Counted from the first letter of the stretch, positions 46,475-56,867 are shown. The stretch: 64,000 nucleotides of DNA from Thermoanaerobaculia bacterium (GCA_035995985.1 DASYJY010000035.1:378-64377), one strand, 5' to 3'. Numbers and translations are program-made. Notes: generated by a model not told the origin, from the letters alone.

Positions 46475-48559
46475 TCACTCTTCGTTTTTCGTTTCCCACA
46501 TGCGGATCGATTCGATCTGGTAGTCGTTGCCCATGAACGTGACCAGATCGCCGGTGGCGTGGCCGAGGAGCGCTTTGGCGACGTCGGATTGATTCGAATA
46601 GACGCCGTGCTCCGGCGCCGATTCCCACGGCCCGAGGATGGTGACTTCGCGTCGTTCGTCGCCGTTCGCCAGCGCGACCTTCGTTCCGACGCGAACGATC
46701 GACGTATCGACCTGATCGGGATTGAGAACCTGCACGCGCGAGATCTCCGAGGCTAATTCGCCGACGCGGGCGGAAAGGTACTCGGCGCGTGCGCGCGCAG
46801 CTTTGTATTCGAAGTTTTCGCGAAGGTCGCCCATCTCGCGTGCGGCCTGCAGTGCGCGCGAGTTCGCCGGGATCTCGACGGTCTTGAGGTTCGTCAGCTC
46901 GGCGCGCTTCTGCTCGAGCGACTGCGCCGTCGCGTACACCGGCTCCGCTTCCGGCTCGCGCAGTTGCGGGAACTTCATCAGCGCGGCGCCCTTGGCCGTC
47001 TCGCGGCGGTACTCCTCGATCGCGCCGTAGCGATCGATCGTTTCGACCAGCTTGCGTGCGCCTTCTTCGTTGCCGACACCGGTGATGATGCGCAGCGCGA
47101 GACCGCCGTGATCGAACATCTCTTTGAGCTTCGCGCGAACTGGTGAAAATTCGTCGGAGCTGATGGCGTCGATGATCTGGAACAGCAGCGTGTAGTTCGC
47201 TTTTTCTGAAAGCGTCTCCTGCTCGTTGAGCTGCTTGGCGAACCAGTAGAACGCGCGCGGATGGCGGCGTGGATAGCGCAGCGTTTCGTCGATGAGGCGG
47301 TCGCGCAGCTCCTTGTTTCCCGACTCATCGAGCGCGTTGATGATCTGCGAGAGGATGCGCGGGTCTTCGTCGAGAAAGAAGACTTCGCTGTAGACCTTCG
47401 GCCAGTCGGGATTCAGGTCACGCACTTGTCCGAGGGCGCGCTCGCGCAGCGGCTTGTCGGTGACGGCAACGATGACACGCGATGCCAGCGGCCCGGTGAT
47501 GAGCGATTTCGGATCGAGCAAGGGTGTGTACGAGCCGGGCAGGCTTTCCAGTGTCGCTGCGATCTGCCACGCCGTCGCCGGATCGCGCGGTGCAAGCCTC
47601 GCGGCCTCGGAGGCCAGCTTCTCCGAAATGTAGTCGGCCAGATCTTTGCTGCGCGCGCTGTGTTTCCGGGCGAGGTCGAGCTTCCCTTTCGGATCGGCCC
47701 GATCGAAGGCGCCCTTGATCGCTTCGTCAGCCGCGCCGGTCGACGCGCTCCAGGCGTACGTGGCCTTGGCGCCGCTGCCGCTGATCACGATCTGCGGATT
47801 CTTTCGCGCCGCCGTCCACCACGAGCTCCACTTCTCCTCGGGCACAATACCGATGACGGCGTCGCGCACTTCGCCCATCTGCATCGGACGTCCGAAGCTC
47901 TGCAGAATTCGCGCGAAGAATGCCGGCGGCGACTTCTTCGCTTCCGCTCGTACCGCTTCGGCATCGCTGAATTTCTCGCGAAGCACGTGTCCCGCCGGAA
48001 GCGGCGTGAGGTACTTGGCGGCCGCGCCGATCGGAACGGGGACGCGCTTATCTTTTTCGAAGTCGAGACGGGCGATGCCTAGATCGGGATTGAGCTCCGT
48101 CACGATGCCGGCGCCGCGGCCGGCCATGAAGTACATCTCCCCTTCGTCGTACTTCAGCCAGGTCTCGATCTTCTCCGCCTTCTCAACCGGATTGCTGGTC
48201 GGCTCGCTGAAGCCGGCGAAGTCGTACACGCGCTGGAAGTTTTTATGCGTCCCGTGCGCGCCGCGCAGCGCCTGCTCGATCTGCGGGCGCAGCGTGGCCG
48301 GATGTTTGGAGAGGCGGCCCAGCTCTTTCAGAACCTGCAGGCGCAGCGGCCACAGTTTCTTCTCCAGCAGCGTGTCGGAGAGGAGGCCGAGGAGCGTGTC
48401 GGACTGCGTGCGCTGCTCCGACTTGCGGAGCACGCGGGCAGTGATGATGAACGAGTCGACGTCGCTCGGGTCGCGGTCGAGCTGCGACATCCACAGGGAC
48501 TCGAGCTCGTCGAATTTCTTTTGGTCGATCAGGCGCTGAGCATCGTCGCGAAACGGCAA
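46475..48559 (-). CDS. large (694 aa) protein with C-terminal GreA/GreB-family domain and ~540-aa N-terminal extension
   Basis: The C-terminal ~150 aa carry the Gre factor motifs LRENFEYKAARARAEYL and a FKBP-like domain. The N-terminal region is helical with no assignable motif. Confidence 0.6.
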   Translation of the reverse strand: MPFRDDAQRLIDQKKFDELESLWMSQLDRDPSDVDSFIITARVLRKSEQRTQSDTLLGLLSDTLLEKKLWPLRLQVLKELGRLSKHPATLRPQIEQALRGAHGTHKNFQRVYDFAGFSEPTSNPVEKAEKIETWLKYDEGEMYFMAGRGAGIVTELNPDLGIARLDFEKDKRVPVPIGAAAKYLTPLPAGHVLREKFSDAEAVRAEAKKSPPAFFARILQSFGRPMQMGEVRDAVIGIVPEEKWSSWWTAARKNPQIVISGSGAKATYAWSASTGAADEAIKGAFDRADPKGKLDLARKHSARSKDLADYISEKLASEAARLAPRDPATAWQIAATLESLPGSYTPLLDPKSLITGPLASRVIVAVTDKPLRERALGQVRDLNPDWPKVYSEVFFLDEDPRILSQIINALDESGNKELRDRLIDETLRYPRRHPRAFYWFAKQLNEQETLSEKANYTLLFQIIDAISSDEFSPVRAKLKEMFDHGGLALRIITGVGNEEGARKLVETIDRYGAIEEYRRETAKGAALMKFPQLREPEAEPVYATAQSLEQKRAELTNLKTVEIPANSRALQAAREMGDLRENFEYKAARARAEYLSARVGELASEISRVQVLNPDQVDTSIVRVGTKVALANGDERREVTILGPWESAPEHGVYSNQSDVAKALLGHATGDLVTFMGNDYQIESIRMWETKNEE

Positions 48560-48640
48560 AGTCGAAGTCCCCCCGGGCGGAATGAGCGGGACATTGTAGC
48601 GGTGTTGGCCGTGGCTGTCTCTGCGCCGCCGGCCTGCCGG

Positions 48641-48874
48641 CTACCGCCGCAGTTTGACGATGGCTTTGAACACGTCGAAAGGGAGCTCTTCGGCGTGGAC
48701 GATGTGACGAAGGTGATGCAATGTGGTACGGCGTTCCTTCACGTCTTCGAGCGAGATGTTGTGCTTCCGAAGTACCTCATGTGCTTTCTGGTCAGGCATA
48801 GTTCTCCCGTGTTGAAGACTGCGTTGGAGCACGGTTAAACGCGGCTGTCCGTGAACTATTTCGCTTAGATTCAT
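48641..48874 (-). CDS. hypothetical small protein
   Basis: 77-aa ORF in an otherwise empty interval. Weak call. Confidence 0.25.
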   Translation of the reverse strand: MNLSEIVHGQPRLTVLQRSLQHGRTMPDQKAHEVLRKHNISLEDVKERRTTLHHLRHIVHAEELPFDVFKAIVKLRR

Positions 48875-48901
48875 AAAGTACTTGACAATGTTCGGCTACC
48901 G

Positions 48902-49561
48902 ATGCATCTTGACGGCATGCGACGCTTGGCCGTGCTCATCCTCTACGTCATCGTCACCATCGCCTGTCACTACGGAACGAACTCGCCCGCCGCGGCGGCC
49001 GCGTCCGCCGGCGACGTCGCCGGCATCAAGCGCATGCTCGACGCCGGCCTCGACCCGAATGCGCACGACGCGGCCGGCTACACGCCGCTGATCGACGCCG
49101 CCCGCGCCGGCAACGTGGACGTGATCCGCCTCCTCACCAGCCGCGGCGCGAATCCGAATCTGGCCGACACCGCGGTGAACTCCTGGACACCGCTGCTGCA
49201 CGCGGTCCACAAGTCGCGGCCGGCGTCCGTCACCGCGCTGCTCGCCGCCGGCGCGAATCCGGACAACGCCGACCCGCATGGAACCACACCATTAATGTTG
49301 GCCTCCGGCTACGGCGACACGGACATCGTGAAGATCCTCCTCGCGCACAAAGCCAACCCGCGCCTAGCCGCCAGCGACGGCATCACCGCCCTCGACCTGG
49401 CCCGCTCCGGCGTCCCCGACATCGACCGCTTCACGGTCTTCCACTGCCAGCAGGAGACGGTGAATGCGCTCTTAGCTGCCGATCCGAAGCTCCCCGATCA
49501 CACTGACAAGCTCCCGGGCATCGCGCGCATGCTGATGCGCACGAAGCGGTGCGGCGCGTAG
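48902..49561 (+). CDS. ankyrin-repeat protein with N-terminal hydrophobic segment
   Basis: Four or five ANK repeats, including GYTPLIDAARAGNVDVIRLLTSRGANPN and GTTPLMLASGYGDTDIVKILLAHKANP. Confidence 0.75.
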   Translation: MHLDGMRRLAVLILYVIVTIACHYGTNSPAAAAASAGDVAGIKRMLDAGLDPNAHDAAGYTPLIDAARAGNVDVIRLLTSRGANPNLADTAVNSWTPLLHAVHKSRPASVTALLAAGANPDNADPHGTTPLMLASGYGDTDIVKILLAHKANPRLAASDGITALDLARSGVPDIDRFTVFHCQQETVNALLAADPKLPDHTDKLPGIARMLMRTKRCGA

Positions 49562-49576
49562 GGAACAGGAAACGAT

Positions 49577-50524
49577 TCACACGCGTAGCGCGATCTTGCC
49601 GAAGTGGTCCTCTTTCATCGCGCGATGCGCTTCGTCCGCATCGGCGAGATCGAAGACGCGATCGATGATGGGGCGGATGCGTCCGGCGCGGAGGTCGTCG
49701 CCGAAGCGGGTGATGAACGACGACACGATGGCCGCCTTCTCCTCGACTGGCCGTGCCCGCAACGTCGATCCGATGATCTGCTGACGTTTCAAGAGCAGCG
49801 CGTTCACGTTCAAGTCGATCGAGCCCGGACCGCCCATTGAGCCGATGATCACCACGCGGCCTCCGACGGCCAGGCATTCGAGATCGCGCGAAAGGTACTT
49901 CGCGCCGATGTGGTCGACGATCACGTTCGCGCCCCGTGCGCGTTCAACGTAATCCTCCTCGTTGTAGTTGATGGCCACATCCGCGCCGTGTGCGAGACAG
50001 CGCTCGCATTTCTCGCGCGAGCCGGCGGTGACGATGACGCGCAGGCCGGCCTGTTTGGCAAGTGTCGTCGCCGCGGTGCCGACGCCGCTTCCGCCGCCGT
50101 GAACGAGCAGCGTCTCGCCGGCCCGCGCACGTGCGAGCTCGAAGACATTGAGATACGCAGTGAGAAAAACCTCCGGCATCGCGCCAGCTTCGACGTCGGT
50201 CAGCGCGTCCGGAACATGCATCGCGGAACCGTGATGGACGACGACTTCCTCGGCATATCCGCCGCCGGCGAGCAGCGCCATCGCGCGATCGCCGACGTTC
50301 CAGCCGCGAACATCCGCTCCGATTTCCATCACCTCGCCCGCGCATTCGAGTCCGAGGATTGGCGACGCGCCGGCGGGCGGCGGATAGTGACCTTCGCGCT
50401 GCAACAAGTCGGCGCGATTCACGGCCGTGGCGCGAACGCGGATGCGCAGGTCGTTGGCTGACGGCGGCGGCGATTCCACGTCACCGATGTGCATCGTCAC
50501 TTCATCGAAGAGGATGGCGCGCAT
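49577..50524 (-). CDS. NADPH:quinone oxidoreductase (MDR/zeta-crystallin family)
   Basis: 315 aa with a GroES-like N-domain and Rossmann segment VHGGGSGVGTAA. Confidence 0.85.
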   Translation of the reverse strand: MRAILFDEVTMHIGDVESPPPSANDLRIRVRATAVNRADLLQREGHYPPPAGASPILGLECAGEVMEIGADVRGWNVGDRAMALLAGGGYAEEVVVHHGSAMHVPDALTDVEAGAMPEVFLTAYLNVFELARARAGETLLVHGGGSGVGTAATTLAKQAGLRVIVTAGSREKCERCLAHGADVAINYNEEDYVERARGANVIVDHIGAKYLSRDLECLAVGGRVVIIGSMGGPGSIDLNVNALLLKRQQIIGSTLRARPVEEKAAIVSSFITRFGDDLRAGRIRPIIDRVFDLADADEAHRAMKEDHFGKIALRV

Positions 50525-50534
50525 ATCCCTTCCC

Positions 50535-50990
50535 TCATTGATTCACAGGTTGTGCGGCGCGGTTTCCGACAATCCCAAGCGTCACCTGGACGGCAGCCAA
50601 TACAAAGTAGCCGAGGATCGAGGACGATGCGAGGTCATAGCCGTCCGCGGCATGGATTCCACCCAACGACATGACCGCAGAAATGACGACGCCGATCGTG
50701 AGTTCCGTCCATGAGATGACGGCGGCGAGACATTCCAGGATCAGGATGGCGAACGAGCGGCGAACGCGCGCGCTCGCGAACTGCGCAAGGAGCAGTGGAA
50801 TCGGCCAGAGGAAACAAAGAAGCGTGCCGATTTCATATCTCGAGAACTCGACGTGATGTTGCTGCACGGATCCACCCGTCGTGCAGGTCGTCAACGGCAT
50901 CGTAAGCGCGAACAACAGAGCGATGGCCGCACACGTTTTCGCGGCCAGCAAAATCCATCGGAGACGGCCAACTTCGAACGATTTCGTCAT
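50535..50990 (-). CDS. hypothetical membrane protein
   Basis: 151 aa with four predicted TM helices. Confidence 0.4.
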   Translation of the reverse strand: MTKSFEVGRLRWILLAAKTCAAIALLFALTMPLTTCTTGGSVQQHHVEFSRYEIGTLLCFLWPIPLLLAQFASARVRRSFAILILECLAAVISWTELTIGVVISAVMSLGGIHAADGYDLASSSILGYFVLAAVQVTLGIVGNRAAQPVNQ

Positions 50991-51067
50991 GCGCCGGGTG
51001 TTTCGCTCCGGACGTTACCAGATTGCGAATTGACGCGGCCGCGATCCCGCCTGCGATATCGTTCGCC

Positions 51068-51991
51068 GCCATGGCCGACGTCATCGCCTGCCGCAATCTG
51101 CGCAAGCACTTCGCCGACGTGAAGGCGGTGGACGGACTCGATCTGTCCGTGACCAGCGGCGAGTGTTTCGGACTCCTCGGGCCGAACGGCGCGGGGAAAA
51201 CGACGACGATCGAAATCCTGGAAGGACTCACGAAGCCCGATTCCGGCGACGTCGAAATCCTCGGGCTCGACTGGCGCTCGCACGAACGCGAGCTGCGCGA
51301 ACGCATCGGAATCTCGCTGCAGGAAACTCAGCTCACCGAGAAGCTCACCGTCTTCGAGACCGTGCGGCTCTTCCGGTCGTTTTATCGCGATGGATATGAC
51401 CCGGAGGATCTGCTGCGCGATCTATCGCTCGATGAGAAGCGGGACGCGCGCGTCGGCAAACTGTCCGGCGGTCAGCGGCAGCGCCTCGGCGTCGCGTGCG
51501 CGCTGGTTGGCAATCCGGACGTGCTCTTTCTCGACGAGCCGACTACCGGCCTCGATCCACAAAGCCGTCTGCAGCTCTGGGACATCGTGCAGCGCTTTCG
51601 CGTCAAAGGCGGCACGGTGCTGCTGACGACGCACTACATGGAGGAGGCGCAGCGCCTCTGCGACCGCGTGGCCATCGTCGACCACGGCCATCTCATCGCC
51701 CTCGGCACGCCCGCGGATCTGATCGCGAAGCTCGAAGCGCGCAACGTCATCGAGTTCACCAGCGAGCCGGCTCTTTCGCAGGTGGTCGTCGCGGCGATCG
51801 ATGCGTGCGCCGGTGCGAGCGCGCACAAAGGTGGATGGTTGCTGCGCGTCCATTCGCTCGCCGAGGCCGTGCCGCAGCTGATCGCGGCAGTGGAGCGGGA
51901 AGGCGCGAAGCTCGTGTCGCTCTCCACGCACGAAGCGACGCTCGAAGATCTCTTCGTCTCGCTGACCGGAAGGGAGCTTCGCGATGCCTGA
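51068..51991 (+). CDS. ABC transporter ATP-binding protein
   Basis: Walker A GPNGAGKTT, signature LSGGQRQR, Walker B LLFLDEPT. Start taken at MADVIACRNL. Confidence 0.9.
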   Translation, partial: AMADVIACRNLRKHFADVKAVDGLDLSVTSGECFGLLGPNGAGKTTTIEILEGLTKPDSGDVEILGLDWRSHERELRERIGISLQETQLTEKLTVFETVRLFRSFYRDGYDPEDLLRDLSLDEKRDARVGKLSGGQRQRLGVACALVGNPDVLFLDEPTTGLDPQSRLQLWDIVQRFRVKGGTVLLTTHYMEEAQRLCDRVAIVDHGHLIALGTPADLIAKLEARNVIEFTSEPALSQVVVAAIDACAGASAHKGGWLLRVHSLAEAVPQLIAAVEREGAKLVSLSTHEATLEDLFVSLTGRELRDA

Positions 51992-53030
51992 GAAAACGCG
52001 CATCCGGCCGCCGATCGTCGAGCTGGCGGTGACGCGCACGAAGGAGTTCGTGCGTGAAAGCGAAGCGCTCTTCTGGGTCTTCGGCTTTCCGCTGATCCTC
52101 GCGCTCGCCCTCGGATTCGCATTCCGCGAGAAGCCGCCGGACCGTGTGCCGGTTGGCATCGTCGCAGGGCCGAACGCGGCGCAACGTCTGGCAGCGCTAC
52201 AGAAATCGCCAGTGCTCCTTCCGAGCATCATGAGTGAGTCGGAAGCGCGCGACGCGCTCCGGCGCGGCAAAGTCTCGCTGCTCATCGAAGGAGCCGACAC
52301 CGTCGTCTTTCGCTTCGACGCCACGCGTCCCGATGCGCAGAGCGCGCGGCGCGAAGCCGACGATGCGCTGCAGACCGCCGCAGGACGGCGCAACGTCATC
52401 GTCACGCGCGAGGAACGCGTTCACGAGCAGGGCGCGCGCTACATCGACTTCCTCATCCCAGGCCTCCTCGGCATGAACCTCATGGGCACCGGCATGTGGA
52501 GCATGGGCTTCACGATCGCCAACGCGCGCATGAAGAAGCTGCTCAAGCGTCTCGTGGCCACGCCGATGCGCAAGACCGATTTTCTGCTCGCGCAGTTTCT
52601 GTCACGGCTGATCTGGCTGCTGATCGAGGTGACAGTGCTGGTCGTCTTCGGCTGGCTCGTCTTCGGCGTGCGCGTGAATGGATCGATTCTGCTGCTCGCG
52701 ATCCTCTGCATCATCGGCGGCTTCAGCTTCTCCGGCATCGGCCTGCTGACTGCATCGCGAGCCCGCACGATTGAAGCCGTGAGTGGTCTGATGAACCTCA
52801 TCATGATGCCGATGTGGCTTTGCTCCGGAGTCTTCTTTTCCTACGAACGCTTCCCTGATTCGGTGAAGCCGTTCATCCGTTTGCTGCCGCTGACGTTGCT
52901 CAACGACGCGTTGCGCACAGTCGTCAACGATGCCGCCGGCCTCACGCAGATTGCCGGAAAGCTGGCATTACTGGCGGCGTGGGGCCTGGTGACATTCATG
53001 ATCGGATTGAAAGTGTTCCGCTGGCAATGA
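51984..53030 (+). CDS. ABC-2 type transporter permease
   Basis: 348 aa with six TM helices. Overlaps the ATPase gene stop. Confidence 0.85.
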   Translation: MPEKTRIRPPIVELAVTRTKEFVRESEALFWVFGFPLILALALGFAFREKPPDRVPVGIVAGPNAAQRLAALQKSPVLLPSIMSESEARDALRRGKVSLLIEGADTVVFRFDATRPDAQSARREADDALQTAAGRRNVIVTREERVHEQGARYIDFLIPGLLGMNLMGTGMWSMGFTIANARMKKLLKRLVATPMRKTDFLLAQFLSRLIWLLIEVTVLVVFGWLVFGVRVNGSILLLAILCIIGGFSFSGIGLLTASRARTIEAVSGLMNLIMMPMWLCSGVFFSYERFPDSVKPFIRLLPLTLLNDALRTVVNDAAGLTQIAGKLALLAAWGLVTFMIGLKVFRWQ

Positions 53031-53455
53031 AACGAATCGCGGTCATCGTCCTTCTCTTCCTCGCCGCCTGCGCAACGACGACGCAAAGCACACCGAACGC
53101 CGATGTGCTCATGCAGCGCGATCGCGATTTCGCGAAGCAATCGGCGGCGCACGGTCATCTCGCATGGCAGGAGCTCATGGCTAAGAACGCCGTGAAGCCG
53201 GCCAACGGCGGCCAGATGCTCAACGGACCGCAGGAGATCGGCGAGAACATGCTGGCGGCATTCGCGAGCGGTTTCACGCTGTCGTGGGAACCGGCGCGCG
53301 CCGAAATCTCCCGCGGCGGAAAGCTCGGCTACACGTGGGGCCGCTACCGCTCCGTCTTCAACGGCAAAACGCGCGAAGGAACGTACATGACCGTCTGGGA
53401 AAAACAGCAGGACGGCACGTGGAAGGTGCTCTTCGACACGGGCGATCCGGATTGA
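53027..53455 (+). CDS. lipoprotein with NTF2-like/SnoaL (DUF4440-like) fold
   Basis: Lipobox LFLAAC. The C-terminal segment GTYMTVWEKQQDGTWKVLFDTG is typical of the fold. 4-nt overlap with the permease gene. Confidence 0.5.
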   Translation: MKRIAVIVLLFLAACATTTQSTPNADVLMQRDRDFAKQSAAHGHLAWQELMAKNAVKPANGGQMLNGPQEIGENMLAAFASGFTLSWEPARAEISRGGKLGYTWGRYRSVFNGKTREGTYMTVWEKQQDGTWKVLFDTGDPD

Positions 53456-53483
53456 GGCCACAACTGCGTAGAATCTGCGCTGC

Positions 53484-54230
53484 ATGAAAGTCGCGACATG
53501 GAATGTGAACGGGATCCGCGCTCGTGAGACGCAGTTTCAGGAGTGGGTTGCCACCGCGCAGCCGGACGTGATCTGCCTGCAGGAGATCAAAGCCTCCATC
53601 GCGCAGGTCCCCGAATCGATCTGCAACCTCGGCGGCTACTGGTGCTACTGGCACGGCGCCGCCGCGTACTCCGGCGTCGCGCTGCACATGCGCCGCGAGA
53701 CGTTCCCCGAGGAGCCGAAGTTCACGCATCCGGAGTTCGACCACGAGACGCGCATCGTCGAAGCGCGCGCCGGCGATACGGTCTTCGCGTCGGTGTACGT
53801 CCCGAACGGCGGCAAGGACTACGCGGCCAAGATCGCGTTCATGAACTCGCTGATCGCCTACGCGCATTCGCACCGCGAGCAGGGACTGAACCTCGTCATC
53901 TGCGGCGACTACAACGTCGCGCGGACCGACATGGACGTGCATCCGAAAGAGCGCAAGCCGAACATCATCGGTCAGCGCCCCGAGGAGCGCGACCTGTTAG
54001 AAGCGATGATCGCCGAAGGCCTCGTCGACGTTGGCCGCAAGCTCTACCCCGAGGCGGACGACTACTTCTCCTGGTGGGCTCCCTGGCGCAATCTCCGCCA
54101 ACGCAACATCGGCTGGCGATTGGATTACGTGCTGGCCAGCGAGTCGCTCGCGAAGCGGGCGGTGTCGTGTCCATCATTCCGCGAAATCGGAACGAGCGAC
54201 CACGCGCCAGTGGTGGCGACGTTCGAGTGA
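53484..54230 (+). CDS. xth: exodeoxyribonuclease III
   Basis: MKVATWNVNGIRAR...LQEIK, and a C-terminal SDHAPV. Confidence 0.9.
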   Translation: MKVATWNVNGIRARETQFQEWVATAQPDVICLQEIKASIAQVPESICNLGGYWCYWHGAAAYSGVALHMRRETFPEEPKFTHPEFDHETRIVEARAGDTVFASVYVPNGGKDYAAKIAFMNSLIAYAHSHREQGLNLVICGDYNVARTDMDVHPKERKPNIIGQRPEERDLLEAMIAEGLVDVGRKLYPEADDYFSWWAPWRNLRQRNIGWRLDYVLASESLAKRAVSCPSFREIGTSDHAPVVATFE

Positions 54231-54236
54231 GTCACG

Positions 54237-54781
54237 ATGCACTCGTACACCATCGATGAATACGTTTCATTGCAGCGAGGCATCGACGTCAAACTCGAAT
54301 ACTTTGATGGCGACATCTTCCTCATGGCCGGGTACTCAGCTGGCCACTATCGGATCAGCCGCAACGTACTGAGGCTCTTCGAGGCTGCGCTTGCAGCATC
54401 GTCGTGTGAAGCGTTCGGTAGCGACATGCGCGTGAGCACGCCGTCCGGCCTCTACACCTACCCGGACGCCTCGATCATCTGCGGTCCGAAGGTCGGCAAC
54501 GAAGCGGAGACGATCAGTACACCGATCGTGATCGTTGAGGTGCTGTCCGATCGACTCGCAACTATGACCGCGGCGAGAAGTTCGATCTCTACCGATCAAT
54601 CCCGACGCTTCGTCACTACCTGTTGATCGAGCAGAACTTCATTCACGTGGAGCACCGGAGTCTCGCGAGTGACGGATCGTGGTCAAGCGAGATCGTCGAT
54701 TCGGCGGGCATCGTTCGCTTGCCCAACGTCGGAATCGAGTTGCGGACGGCGAAAATCTACGACGGCGTCGCACTCGCCTGA
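54237..54781 (+). pseudogene. Uma2-family (DUF820) putative endonuclease, disrupted by an apparent 1-nt frameshift near 54552
   Basis: The first frame gives the Uma2 N-terminus and core up to EVLSD, then a stop at 54626. The conserved C-terminus STRNYDRGEKFDLYRSIPTLRHYLLIEQ continues in another frame to 54781. Confidence 0.6.
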
Positions 54782-54787
54782 AAAGCT

Positions 54788-54846
54788 TTCACGCGGAGCC
54801 GCGGAGCTCGCGGAGGTTTTCTCCGCGTCCCCGCGTCTCCGCGTGA
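54788..54846. repeat. palindromic REP-like element (tcacgcggagccgcggagctcgcggagg ttttctccgcgtccccgcgtctccgcgtga)
   Basis: Same family as 41993-42060. Lies between convergent genes. Confidence 0.6.
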
Positions 54847-54853
54847 ACAGTTT

Positions 54854-55495
54854 TTACTCGAGAACCACGATCACCACGCGCCGATTTTCCGCTCGGCCTT
54901 TGCGCGTCTTGTTCGGTGCCACCGGCAGCGTGTCGCCGTAGGAAATCGTCGACATGCGGTTCAGCGGCAGTTGCGCGCCCCGGGAGAGATAGCGGCGGAC
55001 TTCGTCGGCGCGGCGTTCGCCGAGCTCGTCGTTAAGTTTGCGGCCGCCGGTGTCGTCCGTGTGGCCCTGAATCTCGATGTAGTACTGCTCGTTGAGGGCC
55101 TTCACCTTGCCGGCGAAATCGTCGAGCGCGGCCTGCGCGTCTTTGTTCAACTCATACGAACCGACCTTGAACTTGATGCGGTCTTCCTTGAACGTCTGCT
55201 GGAAAACGACCTTCCCTTTTGCCAGCACGCCGGCGTCCTGGGCACGTTTGAGAGCGTCCTTCGCCTCGGTGCTCAGCTGCGCGATGGCGGCGTCGTTCTG
55301 CTGGAGATGCGTGTCAGTGGCCTTCTGCTTGTTCTGCAGATCTTCGACCTGACCTTCGACCGACTCGACCTTCTTGCTGGTCTGCGCCTGCGCGTCGGCG
55401 ATCTTCTGATCGACCGATTTCGACGTCGCGCATGCGCCGAGTGTGGCGGCCAACGCCGTGGCCGTGAGGATGCGGATTGCAATCGTCTGCTTCAT
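54854..55495 (-). CDS. OmpA-family lipoprotein with coiled-coil N-terminal region
   Basis: Lipobox LGAC. C-terminal OmpA domain with the peptidoglycan-binding motif GHTDDTGGRKLNDELGERRA. Confidence 0.8.
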   Translation of the reverse strand: MKQTIAIRILTATALAATLGACATSKSVDQKIADAQAQTSKKVESVEGQVEDLQNKQKATDTHLQQNDAAIAQLSTEAKDALKRAQDAGVLAKGKVVFQQTFKEDRIKFKVGSYELNKDAQAALDDFAGKVKALNEQYYIEIQGHTDDTGGRKLNDELGERRADEVRRYLSRGAQLPLNRMSTISYGDTLPVAPNKTRKGRAENRRVVIVVLE

Positions 55496-56460
55496 TTAAC
55501 TTCCCTTCCTTTCCGTCTGTTTATTCGAGAGGCGACCAGGGGAGGTTCAGTGCCGAGGTACCCCGCGCGGACCCGGACGGCGCGCGCGCGTCCCGCGAGT
55601 TTCAGCGAGATCGTGCGGTACTTTACTGCACCTTTTCCCGTGGGGGCGAACCCGATCAGGTACTGCGCGCGGAGGTCGTCCTCGATGTGCGAGACGGCTT
55701 CCGCGATCTGTTGCGGCGTGTTTCCGAGGTAGAGCTTTCCGCCCGTAAGTGTGGCTACTTCGTTGAGCAGTCCGATATCCGACAGATCCTCACGCGGGCG
55801 CTTCTTACTGTCGACCGGCTGCTCCGGCTCACGCAATCCGAGTGAATAGATCGGAACGGAGATGCCCTGAAGCTGCTGCGCGAGCGCGCCGCGCGTGAGC
55901 GAGGACGCATTGTCGATGCCGTCGCTGAGCAGAATGATCGCGCGCGACGGATTACGTCCGAGTTTGCTGCGCTCCGGCATCGTCGCCAGCGCATCGAAGA
56001 ACGCGGTCTTGCCGTACGGCTTGACGTGACCGAGAGCGCGCGTGATGTCGTTCGGATTTTCTGTGAACGGCGCGACTTCGACTGCCTGCGACTCCGCGAA
56101 AACATACAGCGCGAAATCGTCGCCGGGACGGCGGTGTCCGATCAGCGCGCCGATCGCAGCGAACGCCGAATCCATCTTCCCCGCCAGCGCCATCGAGCCG
56201 GAGCCGTCGAGGAGGATCGTGAACGACACCGGCGCGTTCTGCGACTTCTCGAACATGTCGCTGCGCACCGGCGCTCCATCCACCGTCAGATTGACCTCGG
56301 CATTGCGCAGGTCGGTGATGGGACGTCCGTGATCGCCGAGGACCGTGAAGGGGATCATGACGTAGCCGACGGAGACTGATTCCGACATCGGCGCGACGAC
56401 ACTCTGGGCGAGCACGGGCAGTGCGATGAACAACGCGGCGCAGGCGAGTACCCGGCTCAT
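55492..56460 (-). CDS. von Willebrand factor A (VWA) domain protein, secreted
   Basis: Signal peptide MSRVLACAALFIALPVLA. MIDAS motif LLDGSGSM. Remaining VWA fold elements present. Confidence 0.75.
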   Translation of the reverse strand: MSRVLACAALFIALPVLAQSVVAPMSESVSVGYVMIPFTVLGDHGRPITDLRNAEVNLTVDGAPVRSDMFEKSQNAPVSFTILLDGSGSMALAGKMDSAFAAIGALIGHRRPGDDFALYVFAESQAVEVAPFTENPNDITRALGHVKPYGKTAFFDALATMPERSKLGRNPSRAIILLSDGIDNASSLTRGALAQQLQGISVPIYSLGLREPEQPVDSKKRPREDLSDIGLLNEVATLTGGKLYLGNTPQQIAEAVSHIEDDLRAQYLIGFAPTGKGAVKYRTISLKLAGRARAVRVRAGYLGTEPPLVASRINRRKGREVK

Positions 56461-56489
56461 GCGGACAATGAACAAATAACTAGTTGCGC

Positions 56490-56849
56490 CTACTTCCACG
56501 TCAGCGGGATGAACTTCTCATCGTCCTGTTGCGTCCGCTCCCATTTCAGGAAGTCGTAGTACCCGCAGCGCTTGAAGTCCGGATACTCGTGGCAGACGCC
56601 GGGCCGCGCGTTGTAGATCGTGCAGCGGCGCTCTTTAATGTCGAGAAACATGCAGACGCTGCCGTAGATCTTGTCCTTCTGGTGACGAAGGACCTGCTCC
56701 CCTTCGACGACTTTCGTGAAGCGCTTTTTCGCGACTTCGACGTCGACGTCGAAATGCTTCGCCAGGCGATTCAGGTCGCGCTTGTTGACGATGATCCGCG
56801 TGTAGCTGCAGCAGTACGCGGGGCACTTCGTGCAGTCGTAGGAAGCCAT
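56490..56849 (-). CDS. YkgJ-family cysteine-cluster (Zn/Fe-chelating, UPF0153) protein
   Basis: Cysteine pattern CTKCPAYCC ... C ... C. Confidence 0.7.
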   Translation of the reverse strand: MASYDCTKCPAYCCSYTRIIVNKRDLNRLAKHFDVDVEVAKKRFTKVVEGEQVLRHQKDKIYGSVCMFLDIKERRCTIYNARPGVCHEYPDFKRCGYYDFLKWERTQQDDEKFIPLTWK

Positions 56850-56867
56850 GGCGAGAGTTTACGGGAA

